Shown: positions 18,097 through 25,715 of the stretch, one piece after another
Layout of the letters: every line of letters begins with the position of its first letter
How positions within the stretch are numbered: position 1 is the first letter of the stretch
Source: a virus
Length of the DNA: 64,000 nucleotides
Virus record (IMG/VR): IMGVR_UViG_3300027816_000069
Coordinates: 58,351 to 122,350 of that record
Reading direction: 5' to 3' (one strand)
Notes under the pieces: model-generated
What the model saw: only the letters and a program-made list of their open reading frames with translations
The model's database searches: none
What the model was told of the DNA's origin: nothing
Program-made: the position numbers and the translations under genes

Positions 18097-18291
18097 ATGA
18101 AAACATTTAATATCACGGCACAGGTATTTAAAAACAGCGATTTGTCAAAACAAAATCTATTAATTAATCAGGTATTTGATGGTTCTACTTCTGAAAATGC
18201 TCTTTCTAATTTTAAATTACATTTTCCTTCTATAGAATATTCTTTAGTAAAAATTCTATCTGTTGAAGAAATTCCTCAAGAAGCGGCTTGA
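18097..18291 (+). CDS. hypothetical protein
   Basis: 64 aa from ATG 18097. Confidence 0.55.
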   Translation: MKTFNITAQVFKNSDLSKQNLLINQVFDGSTSENALSNFKLHFPSIEYSLVKILSVEEIPQEAA

Positions 18292-18315
18292 CTTCTGCCG
18301 ATAATGCTGTATACT
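18288..18315 (+). promoter_or_regulatory. sigma70-like promoter with GCCGATA box
   Basis: TTGACT-16 nt-TATACT, GCCGATA at 18297-18303. Confidence 0.7.
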
Positions 18316-18336
18316 GTGACCAAGGAGACTCTATTT

Positions 18337-19248
18337 ATGCGTTATGGCCTCTGCTGCATCTCATTAAAACTTAAAGATCAAGGTGTTGGTCATCAGACCA
18401 TGACCTTCAAGAGATTTAATAGTTTGCCAAGACAAGAAGCACTAACTATTCTTGGCGACCGTATTCTTAACAATCTTATCACTACACGAAAAACTATTGA
18501 ATTTTGTGCTGAGAATAATTATGTCTATCGTGTTAGTAGCGATATTTTTCCACTAATTACATATGATGAGGCTAATGTATCTTTAGAAAATTTGCCTAAT
18601 CATGATGATATTCAAGATGAATTTGATAATATTGCTCTAACAATCACCGACAATAATGTTCGTGTGAGTTGTCATCCAAGTGAGTATAATTCACTCTCTA
18701 GTCTTTCAGAAAAAGTTGTTGATAAAACTATTACAGAACTGAATTTTTACAGTAGTTTTTTTGACAGAATTGGTTTGTCCGCAGATACTAATTCTCCCAT
18801 GAATCTTCATGTTCATAACAATAATGGGACTAGAGAAGAAATATCTCATAGGTTTTATCAAAACTTCAAACGTCTCGACGAAAATTGTCAAAGTCGCTTA
18901 ACGATAGAAAATGACGACAAACTTAATTGTTGGAGTGTGCGTGAATTAGTAGATATTTTTCATCCTATTACACGCATCCCTATTTGTTTTGACTATTTAC
19001 ATCACAAGTGTCACCCAAATAATTTATCAGAATGTGAAGCCATCAATATGTGCTATGATACATGGCAGACCACTCCACTATTTCATTATAGTGAAAGTCG
19101 AGAGGGTAATAATCCTCGCGCTCATGCTGAGTACGCATATAATAAATTTGAGACATATGGGTTAGAGTTTGATGTTGATATGGAACTCAAAGGAAAAGAT
19201 ATCGCCATTGAAAAATATGATGAGATTCTAAAGGAGACTATTGTATGA
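18337..19248 (+). CDS. uvsE: UV damage endonuclease
   Basis: G.CCI, YR.SS..FP, HP, IENDD, FD..HH, HYSE, HA and D.E.K.K motifs. Confidence 0.92.
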   Translation: MRYGLCCISLKLKDQGVGHQTMTFKRFNSLPRQEALTILGDRILNNLITTRKTIEFCAENNYVYRVSSDIFPLITYDEANVSLENLPNHDDIQDEFDNIALTITDNNVRVSCHPSEYNSLSSLSEKVVDKTITELNFYSSFFDRIGLSADTNSPMNLHVHNNNGTREEISHRFYQNFKRLDENCQSRLTIENDDKLNCWSVRELVDIFHPITRIPICFDYLHHKCHPNNLSECEAINMCYDTWQTTPLFHYSESREGNNPRAHAEYAYNKFETYGLEFDVDMELKGKDIAIEKYDEILKETIV

Positions 19249-19391
19249 GTGGATGGCTAATAGCATTTACAGGATGTATATATGCTTATGTAGCAGCAGA
19301 GCAAGCATACAAAGGCAATATGGGTTTATTTATAGCATATACAGGTTACGCTTTTGCCAATATCGGTTTATATATGTTAGCAAGTAAATAG
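19245..19391 (+). CDS. small membrane protein (not in ORF track)
   Basis: 48 aa MSGWLIAFTGCIYAYVA.EQ...YTGYAFANIGL; AAGGAG RBS. Confidence 0.7.
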   Translation: MSGWLIAFTGCIYAYVAAEQAYKGNMGLFIAYTGYAFANIGLYMLASK

Positions 19392-19516
19392 GAGATATTC
19401 GATGAGCGATCTCAAAAATAGGCCCGAACCAAAAAAAATAAAGATGCCCCCACTAGTTGACCGATCACAGGAATACGATATAATGGAGGGATACGAGCCA
19501 GCCGATCACAACACTA

Positions 19517-19975
19517 ATGAAACAGATAGCCAAGACAATACGCAGAGCATATCAGAATTGGGTTCCTTGTAAGGAAATTCGTTGTTGGCATTATTGTTCT
19601 GCTTTTGATGGAACAAAAATGATAGGTTTTGCTCAAAATAATCCTATTAAAACTCATGCTGGTGCTTATAGAATTGGTGAAAATTTTAATCTTCCCAAAT
19701 ATAAAGAGCATCCGTTTTACCATGCGGAAAGTCATCTGATTTCTAAGTTACTGGATCAGTATAACTATATTGATCCTTCTTGGAATATTGTAGTGATGAG
19801 AATTAATCGCAAGGGTTTGATTCTTGGTAGTAAGCCTTGTGAAAATTGTGATAAACTTTTACAATCTGTTGGTTTAACTGCCGTGTTTTATAGTAATGAT
19901 GATGGTAGTTTTAGTGATAGTTTTGGTGATATGGTTTATCGCCCTGACTTGACAAATTCTTTGGCTAGTGTATAA
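19517..19975 (+). CDS. zinc-dependent deaminase (CDA fold)
   Basis: HAE and SKPCENC motifs. Confidence 0.8.
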   Translation: MKQIAKTIRRAYQNWVPCKEIRCWHYCSAFDGTKMIGFAQNNPIKTHAGAYRIGENFNLPKYKEHPFYHAESHLISKLLDQYNYIDPSWNIVVMRINRKGLILGSKPCENCDKLLQSVGLTAVFYSNDDGSFSDSFGDMVYRPDLTNSLASV

Positions 19976-19976
19976 T
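19949..19976 (+). promoter_or_regulatory. sigma70-like promoter
   Basis: Perfect TTGACA-16 nt-TATAAT. Confidence 0.75.
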
Positions 19977-19995
19977 TCCGCTATTGGAGGAACCT

Positions 19996-20214
19996 ATGAA
20001 TTGTATTTATTGTTATCGTTCTATTCCAGATGAAAGATTAGAGTTTCTGATAGAGAATAATCGTCCTAAAACTTGCATTAATTGTTCTACCGAACAACGT
20101 GCTGTGGGTTTTATGGATTGGGAACACAAAACCGCTCCACAGTTGGTGTTAGTTCCCGCTAATGCTAAAGAGAGTATTCGTATCCTAAATAGGGCTAATA
20201 GGAGATCAAGATGA
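19996..20214 (+). CDS. DksA/TraR-type C4 zinc-finger protein
   Basis: C..C...IP.ERL.......TC..C; GGAGG RBS. Confidence 0.7.
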   Translation: MNCIYCYRSIPDERLEFLIENNRPKTCINCSTEQRAVGFMDWEHKTAPQLVLVPANAKESIRILNRANRRSR

Positions 20215-20417
20215 CTTGGCTAGACTTATATGACTATCTTAACAAACAAGCAAATCTTACACAAAATGTAGGAGAATTTAACTGGCAAGATCAAGTGATA
20301 GTTTATGATAGTTGGAACATGAAAGAATATAATTGTAATGGATTAAGTTGGATGATATCACTAAATAATCAAGACCATCATTGCCTAAATATTAATACCT
20401 CATTGGAGAATTCTTAA
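20211..20417 (+). CDS. hypothetical protein
   Basis: AGGAG RBS, ATGA coupling. Confidence 0.6.
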   Translation: MTWLDLYDYLNKQANLTQNVGEFNWQDQVIVYDSWNMKEYNCNGLSWMISLNNQDHHCLNINTSLENS

Positions 20418-20662
20418 TGGATATAGAAATTGAGAGTCTTTTATTCAAGCAAGTAGAATGTCCTAAGAATCACCTAATGACCAAAATTATTAATCTATGG
20501 AGTAATCGATATCGTATTAATGTGTACATAGAAATCGAAGAAGATAATCTGATCAAGAAACGTATACATAGCAGTTATTTTTGTCACTATAGTCCCGGTA
20601 AACTAACTATTATTCCAGATAAAGACAAAGGACGTTATAATGAATCCAGAACTCAGTGGTAA
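20417..20662 (+). CDS. hypothetical protein
   Basis: GGAG RBS, RYRINVY motif. Confidence 0.65.
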   Translation: MDIEIESLLFKQVECPKNHLMTKIINLWSNRYRINVYIEIEEDNLIKKRIHSSYFCHYSPGKLTIIPDKDKGRYNESRTQW

Positions 20663-21047
20663 ACTAATCTCAAAGTATCCAGAACAATTTTCTAATTATC
20701 AATACATTGAATGCGACGATGGATGGTATGATCTTCTAGATAAATTATGCTCTTCTATCCAATCTCATCTGGATCACAGAAAAAAAACAGAAGAACCTCT
20801 TTCCTACTTTAGTTGGTCACAAATCAAAGAAAAGTTTGGTGGATTAAGAGCCTATTCTTATGGTGCAGATTCTTATATCAATGGATTAATTGCTATGGCA
20901 GAAAGTATGAGTTACAGCATTTGTGAAATTTCTGGAGAAAAAGGAAAGTTGCGTAAACAAAGAATTGGAGAAAATGGAGAGCCTATTCCTGCATGGATGA
21001 AAACCCTGTCAGATAGTGAGGCACAAAAGGCGGGATACGTTCTCTAA
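20640..21047 (+). CDS. conserved phage hypothetical protein
   Basis: EC.DGW, QIKEKFGGLR.Y and S..ICE..G motifs. Confidence 0.8.
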   Translation: MNPELSGKLISKYPEQFSNYQYIECDDGWYDLLDKLCSSIQSHLDHRKKTEEPLSYFSWSQIKEKFGGLRAYSYGADSYINGLIAMAESMSYSICEISGEKGKLRKQRIGENGEPIPAWMKTLSDSEAQKAGYVL

Positions 21048-21057
21048 AGAATCCCTC

Positions 21058-21085
21058 TTGACAATGCCGATACCTGTGCTATACT
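21058..21085 (+). promoter_or_regulatory. sigma70-like promoter with GCCGATA box
   Basis: TTGACA-16 nt-TATACT, extended TG, GCCGATA at 21066-21072. Confidence 0.75.
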
Positions 21086-21118
21086 TAGGACATAACACCT
21101 AACACAAGGAGATTCAAA

Positions 21119-21523
21119 ATGCCTCGCGGCCAGAAAATTTGTCCAAGTTGTTCTGCTATCAATGGTCCCCGTGCATACACTTGTAAGAGTTGTGGTTCAG
21201 ATTTTGCTTTCAAGCCCAAAAGCAAGGAAGTTAAAAACACCAAGATCATTAAGGATGTTAATTGGAAAGAATTGGTTAAGGGTGATCGTATAAAAGTTCG
21301 CGGTGGCCCCTATTATGTTCATAAGGGTGAATTTATCCCTATGGGTTATCGTGGACGCTTTGTGGTAGACTGTATTGATGACAAGGGCATTAGGGCTTAT
21401 GGTATTGATAAGCACGGTGGATTTGCTCATATTTATATGGGTGGAGACTTTCAAAACAAGGAAACCGGCGTATGGAAGATTGCTCACGAAATTGTCAAAC
21501 TGAAAAACAGAGAAGTGGTATAA
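21119..21523 (+). CDS. Zn-ribbon protein
   Basis: CPSC...CKSCG followed by a beta-rich domain; AAGGAG RBS. Confidence 0.7.
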   Translation: MPRGQKICPSCSAINGPRAYTCKSCGSDFAFKPKSKEVKNTKIIKDVNWKELVKGDRIKVRGGPYYVHKGEFIPMGYRGRFVVDCIDDKGIRAYGIDKHGGFAHIYMGGDFQNKETGVWKIAHEIVKLKNREVV

Positions 21524-21795
21524 TGAGTTTGGTTCCTCAACAACAAGAACAATTAGAAAAACTGTTAGAACATAGAGACTCTATAGTTAGCCACTTATAT
21601 CAGATTGAGCATATTTTAAAGGAATATTTTCCTGAGCAATTTGAACTAGCATATCAACATTGGATTCCTCAAATTACTACTGCTCTTTATGAACAACCTA
21701 AGTGGCTTCCTAGAGGACAATATTCTATGGAAGATACAGTAAAGAATATTACAGATAAGGACGATGGTTCTGGTGTATTTAAATATTTGAGGTAA
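21523..21795 (+). CDS. hypothetical protein
   Basis: TAATG coupling. Confidence 0.65.
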   Translation: MSLVPQQQEQLEKLLEHRDSIVSHLYQIEHILKEYFPEQFELAYQHWIPQITTALYEQPKWLPRGQYSMEDTVKNITDKDDGSGVFKYLR

Positions 21796-21798
21796 TAT

Positions 21799-22182
21799 AT
21801 GGACGAAAAACTCTATTCTATTGTTGATCTTGAAGGATACGCTAAACAGGTTAGAGAAGCGGCTGCTCAAACCTTATCAGAAAATAACAACGATAATCTT
21901 GATGATTATATCACCATCACACAACTAGTCCAGATGGTGCGTAAAAACTGTTGTGGTTTTGATGATGATAACAGACCTCTCTTAAATGAAGATATTAACG
22001 AGCAAATTTATGACTGTACTATAACTTGGATACATAATGTCGCATTAGCAAAATTGGCTGCTAAAGACTTACTAGAATGTGCTTGGGATGATAAGGCTAA
22101 TGAAATGGTATTTTGGCCTAAAGAGACTGAAAATGATAAATCCGTCAAACGAAGAAATAAGAAAAAGAATAAAGAGTCTTGA
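21799..22182 (+). CDS. hypothetical protein (paralog of 34188..34607)
   Basis: L..L..K.L.E.A.D...N...FW C-terminus. Confidence 0.7.
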   Translation: MDEKLYSIVDLEGYAKQVREAAAQTLSENNNDNLDDYITITQLVQMVRKNCCGFDDDNRPLLNEDINEQIYDCTITWIHNVALAKLAAKDLLECAWDDKANEMVFWPKETENDKSVKRRNKKKNKES

Positions 22183-22312
22183 AGAAGAAATACATAATTA
22201 CGAAACATATCTACTGTCAGAAAGTTGCAGTAGGTGTGCTGATGCTTATGCTAAGATAGAGCAATACAAGACAGAAATTGGTGAACTGATACAACTATAT
22301 CATAATGATTAA
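22133..22312 (+). CDS. small coiled-coil protein with CxxC
   Basis: 59 aa helical hairpin with CSRC. Confidence 0.55.
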   Translation: MINPSNEEIRKRIKSLEEEIHNYETYLLSESCSRCADAYAKIEQYKTEIGELIQLYHND

Positions 22313-22315
22313 TAA

Positions 22316-22670
22316 GGGGGTATAACGGTATCGATTGGATAATAGCAATTATGTTAGCAAGTAGTGGTTGATCGACCGGCCACTTTAAAAAGTCGATTAA
22401 ACGCTTTAACTAGCGAAACTCAGTTAGCCCTTGCTGCCTAATAAATAAGTAGCAACAATCTTAGAAAGCGATGAAGGTAGCGTTCAAAAGATTGATGTAA
22501 AATCCTTCGGCTGCTAGAATAGCCAACGGGTTCTAGCCTGAGATTAGTTGGTACGGAAAGATGAATGTTGTTTGTTCTTTAGTCTTTCTTAAAATTTATG
22601 AATAAACTAAACTTGTAGAATATATAATGAAAATTATCGCAACACATGGGTTCGACTCCCATTACCTCCA
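22316..22670 (+). ncRNA. ssrA: tmRNA
   Basis: Acceptor GGGGGTA/TACCTCC with G3.U70 and discriminator A; T-arm ATGGG-TTCGACT-CCCAT; tag ORF 22412-22441 (A)SETQLALAA* after a TAACT resume signal; 355 nt. Confidence 0.93.
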
Positions 22671-22672
22671 CT

Positions 22673-23017
22673 ATGCCTAGAAAAATTTGTACTTATTGTG
22701 GTAAAAGAAAAAACCGTAAAAGTTTTCCTAAACATAGTTTGTACAAAGATAAACTAGATACAAGATGTAAAAAATGCGTTAAAGAACATTCAAAGGTAAG
22801 AAATAAACTTCATAAAAAAGCACCAGATAAACCAGAAGTTTGTGAGTGTTGTAAAAAGATCCCCATTAAATGGGTATTAGATCATAACCATGATGATGAT
22901 ACTTTTCGTGGATGGCTTTGTGATAGATGCAATACCGGCATAGGAAAATTAGGAGATAATTTAGGTGGTATTGTCAATGCGATGAATTATTTTCTCTCAA
23001 GACCCAATCGCAAATAG
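22673..23017 (+). CDS. endonuclease VII-like protein
   Basis: N-terminal Zn finger; C..C...LDH.H....RGWLC..CN.G.G.LGD. Confidence 0.85.
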   Translation: MPRKICTYCGKRKNRKSFPKHSLYKDKLDTRCKKCVKEHSKVRNKLHKKAPDKPEVCECCKKIPIKWVLDHNHDDDTFRGWLCDRCNTGIGKLGDNLGGIVNAMNYFLSRPNRK

Positions 23018-23053
23018 TCGATACTTGACAGCAGCATGAGCGTCTGGTACGAT
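23017..23053 (+). promoter_or_regulatory. sigma70-like promoter with GTCGATA upstream of -35
   Basis: GTCGATAC-TTGACA-17 nt-TACGAT, extended TG. Confidence 0.65.
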
Positions 23054-23078
23054 ACCATCAACACAGGAGACTAAACGG

Positions 23079-24395
23079 ATGACTCACGATTTTGATTATG
23101 TTTGGAAGATGGTAACTGCTCTTAGAAATACAAGCAGCACAAAAGAAAAAGAAGATATTATCAAGATTAATTGTGGAATTTTCAATAATTCATCTGCAAA
23201 TTTTGCTAAGAAAATTCTACTCTATACTTATCATCCACTTTGGCAATATCATGTAACCAGTGATAATTTAAAGAAGAAAAATTATTTGGTCGCCAGAAAG
23301 AATGAATACAAAAATTTCTTTGATCTGCTTGATGCTCTAAAGAGTCGTAAAATTACTGGGCATGATGCTATATCTGCTGTGAATAGTTTTGTCGAACATT
23401 ACGCTGACTATGAGGAACTTATTCATTGTGTTTTGGATAAAGACTTGAAAACCCGTGCTGGCGATAAGATCATTAATAAGGCTATTCCAGATCATATTCC
23501 AGAATTTAGTGTAGCCTTGGCCGATAAATATAGTCCAGATATTGTAGATTGGAAAGATGAATGGTATGTTAGTCGTAAGATCGATGGTGCTAGATGTATC
23601 GCTATTGTTGATAGTAATGGGGAGTCTACTTTTTATTCCCGCACGGGAAAAGAGTTTGATACTCTTGGTGTTGTTGCTGGTGGCATTAAGAGTTTGGGTG
23701 TTACTAATGTAGTATTTGATGGTGAACTTTGTCTTGTGGATGATGAGGGTAATGAAGATTTTCAGGGGATCATGAAACAACTCAAAAAGAAGGATCATAC
23801 CATCCCTAATCCTTCATATAAGATTTTTGATATGATTTCTCACGACGAATTTTATAGTAAGAAGGGCGAGAAGAACAAGCCTTATTCTATTCGCTATAAT
23901 AATCTACGAGAAGTTATGAAAAATAATACTTGTACTTGTCTTAGTGTGCTTGGTCAAGAACTTATTAAAGATGATGATCATTTTCAGGAGTGGATTAAAA
24001 AAAGTAAAGATTACAAGTATGAAGGACTTATGCTACGAGCAGACGAACCATATAAAGGGAAGCGTAGTAAAGATCTGCTGAAAGTTAAGAAGTTTTTTGA
24101 CGATGAGTATGAAGTTATTGATGTGGAAATGGGTCCATTTCGTTATGTATTGAATGGTAAAGAGCATGAGGAAACCATGCTTTCTTGCGTAATGATTAAG
24201 CATAAAGATCATGTTGTTAGAGTTGGTAGTGGATTTGCTATTGACCAAAGACAAGAGTTTTATCAAGACCCCAAAAAGATTCTTGGTAAAATTATTACGG
24301 TTCAATATTTTGAGGAAACTAAAAACCAAGAAGGCGGAATTAGTTTGCGTTTCCCAACATTTAAGTTTTTGCATGGGTCTGCTAGAACCGTTTAA
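23079..24395 (+). CDS. lig: ATP-dependent DNA ligase
   Basis: KIDGAR, FDGEL, EGLMLR, LLKVK, VGSGF and LRFP motifs. Confidence 0.95.
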   Translation: MTHDFDYVWKMVTALRNTSSTKEKEDIIKINCGIFNNSSANFAKKILLYTYHPLWQYHVTSDNLKKKNYLVARKNEYKNFFDLLDALKSRKITGHDAISAVNSFVEHYADYEELIHCVLDKDLKTRAGDKIINKAIPDHIPEFSVALADKYSPDIVDWKDEWYVSRKIDGARCIAIVDSNGESTFYSRTGKEFDTLGVVAGGIKSLGVTNVVFDGELCLVDDEGNEDFQGIMKQLKKKDHTIPNPSYKIFDMISHDEFYSKKGEKNKPYSIRYNNLREVMKNNTCTCLSVLGQELIKDDDHFQEWIKKSKDYKYEGLMLRADEPYKGKRSKDLLKVKKFFDDEYEVIDVEMGPFRYVLNGKEHEETMLSCVMIKHKDHVVRVGSGFAIDQRQEFYQDPKKILGKIITVQYFEETKNQEGGISLRFPTFKFLHGSARTV

Positions 24396-24405
24396 GAAAC
24401 GAGTC

Positions 24406-24434
24406 TTGACAAGACGATACCAGTAGTGTAGAAT
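24406..24434 (+). promoter_or_regulatory. sigma70-like promoter with GACGATA box
   Basis: TTGACA-17 nt-TAGAAT. Confidence 0.7.
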
Positions 24435-24464
24435 CGTAGCATACACGCTAACATTGGAGTTTTT

Positions 24465-25166
24465 ATGATTGTTGAGAACACTGTGGTCGATACCAATAAA
24501 GTTGAAATGAGCAAGACGAAGGCTGATATTTTCTTTGAGACTTTTCCTAAAGATAAGGTTGTCAAGTATAAGGAATATTGGGAGAGTGTTCGTCCTCAGA
24601 ATGTTGAGGATATTTTTCGTCGCTATCTTTTCAGTTTTATGAGCGTTCATACAACATGGAAGTCTAATGTTAGTGGCTATAACGCAATCAAAGACTTTAA
24701 TGATTGGATTGATAATAAAGAACTGCTGAGAGATAAGATTAAAAGTAGTGGTTGTGGGCTATACAACAATCGCACAAAGTTTATTTGGGATTTTAAGGAT
24801 AAATTTTGGTCTAATCCGAAAGACTTTTATCTAACAAACAAAAAGTATCATGTAAAAAAGAGAGATCAGATTGTCAATAATATTTCTGGACTAGGTACTG
24901 CAAAAGTTTCGTTTGCATTAGAGCAATGCCACCCTAATGAGTGTAGGGTATTTTGTGGTGATACTCATATGCTGGAATTGTATGGCATGAAAACTCTTAC
25001 TTATCAGTCTAAAAGGGGTCTTGAACAATATAAGAAAATGGAAAGACATTGGAGTATTAATTGTGGCAAATTAGGCGTTCCTCCTTATATTGCTAGATGT
25101 ATTTTTTGGGATGCAAAACAGAACAAGACCGATTCTCGTTATTGGTCGTATGTATTTGAAGAATAA
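24465..25166 (+). CDS. HhH-type DNA glycosylase (Ogg-like)
   Basis: RDQIV..ISGLG.AKVSF HhH motif followed by DTH. Confidence 0.65.
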   Translation: MIVENTVVDTNKVEMSKTKADIFFETFPKDKVVKYKEYWESVRPQNVEDIFRRYLFSFMSVHTTWKSNVSGYNAIKDFNDWIDNKELLRDKIKSSGCGLYNNRTKFIWDFKDKFWSNPKDFYLTNKKYHVKKRDQIVNNISGLGTAKVSFALEQCHPNECRVFCGDTHMLELYGMKTLTYQSKRGLEQYKKMERHWSINCGKLGVPPYIARCIFWDAKQNKTDSRYWSYVFEE

Positions 25167-25171
25167 AGATT

Positions 25172-25318
25172 TTTGGAGAGTGGCATATAGACCATATCAA
25201 ACCATGTTGTAGTTTTGATCTCACAGATACACAACAGCAAAAATTATGTTTTCACTATACCAACCTACAACCGTTATGGGCTATTGATACTCTAAAAAAG
25301 TCTGGAAAATTATTATGA
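25172..25318 (+). pseudogene. C-terminal remnant of an HNH endonuclease
   Basis: FGEWHIDHIKPCCSFDLTDTQQQKLCFHYTNLQPLWAIDTLKKSGKLL*; no ATG and an in-frame TGA at 25157; homologous to 17409..18047. Confidence 0.85.
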
Positions 25319-25425
25319 GCCAAAACGGTAAAGGAAGTAAACCAAGACCTAAAAGCGTAGATTATAAAACATGGGAGAAAAACTATGAGCGAATTTTTAG
25401 AAAAAAAGCCAAGAAAAAAATTTAA
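25315..25425 (+). CDS. small basic phage protein (not in ORF track)
   Basis: MSQNGKGSKPRPKSVD...WEKNYERIF, a recurrent phage micro-protein motif. Confidence 0.65.
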   Translation: MSQNGKGSKPRPKSVDYKTWEKNYERIFRKKAKKKI

Positions 25426-25669
25426 TTGTAGTCTTTTTCTGAGATGCGGTTGTCAGAGCGAAATGCTGGTTCTAGACTATGATCCAGAATTAGACATGGT
25501 GGATATATCAATATATGAGATATTAACTTCCTATAAATATAGAATGTCTTGGTGGCAAAAATTACGATATATTTATCAGACGCTAAGGCATGGACAACCA
25601 TATAACGATCAAATAGTCTTAAATAGGACTCAGATAGATCAACTGAAAGAGTACATTAATTCATTATAA
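25385..25669 (+). CDS. hypothetical protein
   Basis: GGGAG RBS; RC.C..E motif. Confidence 0.65.
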   Translation: MSEFLEKKPRKKFNCSLFLRCGCQSEMLVLDYDPELDMVDISIYEILTSYKYRMSWWQKLRYIYQTLRHGQPYNDQIVLNRTQIDQLKEYINSL

Positions 25670-25676
25670 ATATCCG

Positions 25677-25696
25677 TTTTGGTGTTATTATATTAA
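25677..25696 (+). promoter_or_regulatory. GGTGT(T)A-class putative late promoter
   Basis: TTTTGGTGTTATTATATTAA, intergenic before DUF1501. Confidence 0.45.
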
Positions 25697-25715
25697 TGGC
25701 AACGGAGTTTATAAT

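Noticed and set aside
22646-22672. ORF-track start of the endonuclease VII gene at 22646
   Set aside because: This start lies inside the tmRNA T-arm; ATG 22673 is the plausible start.
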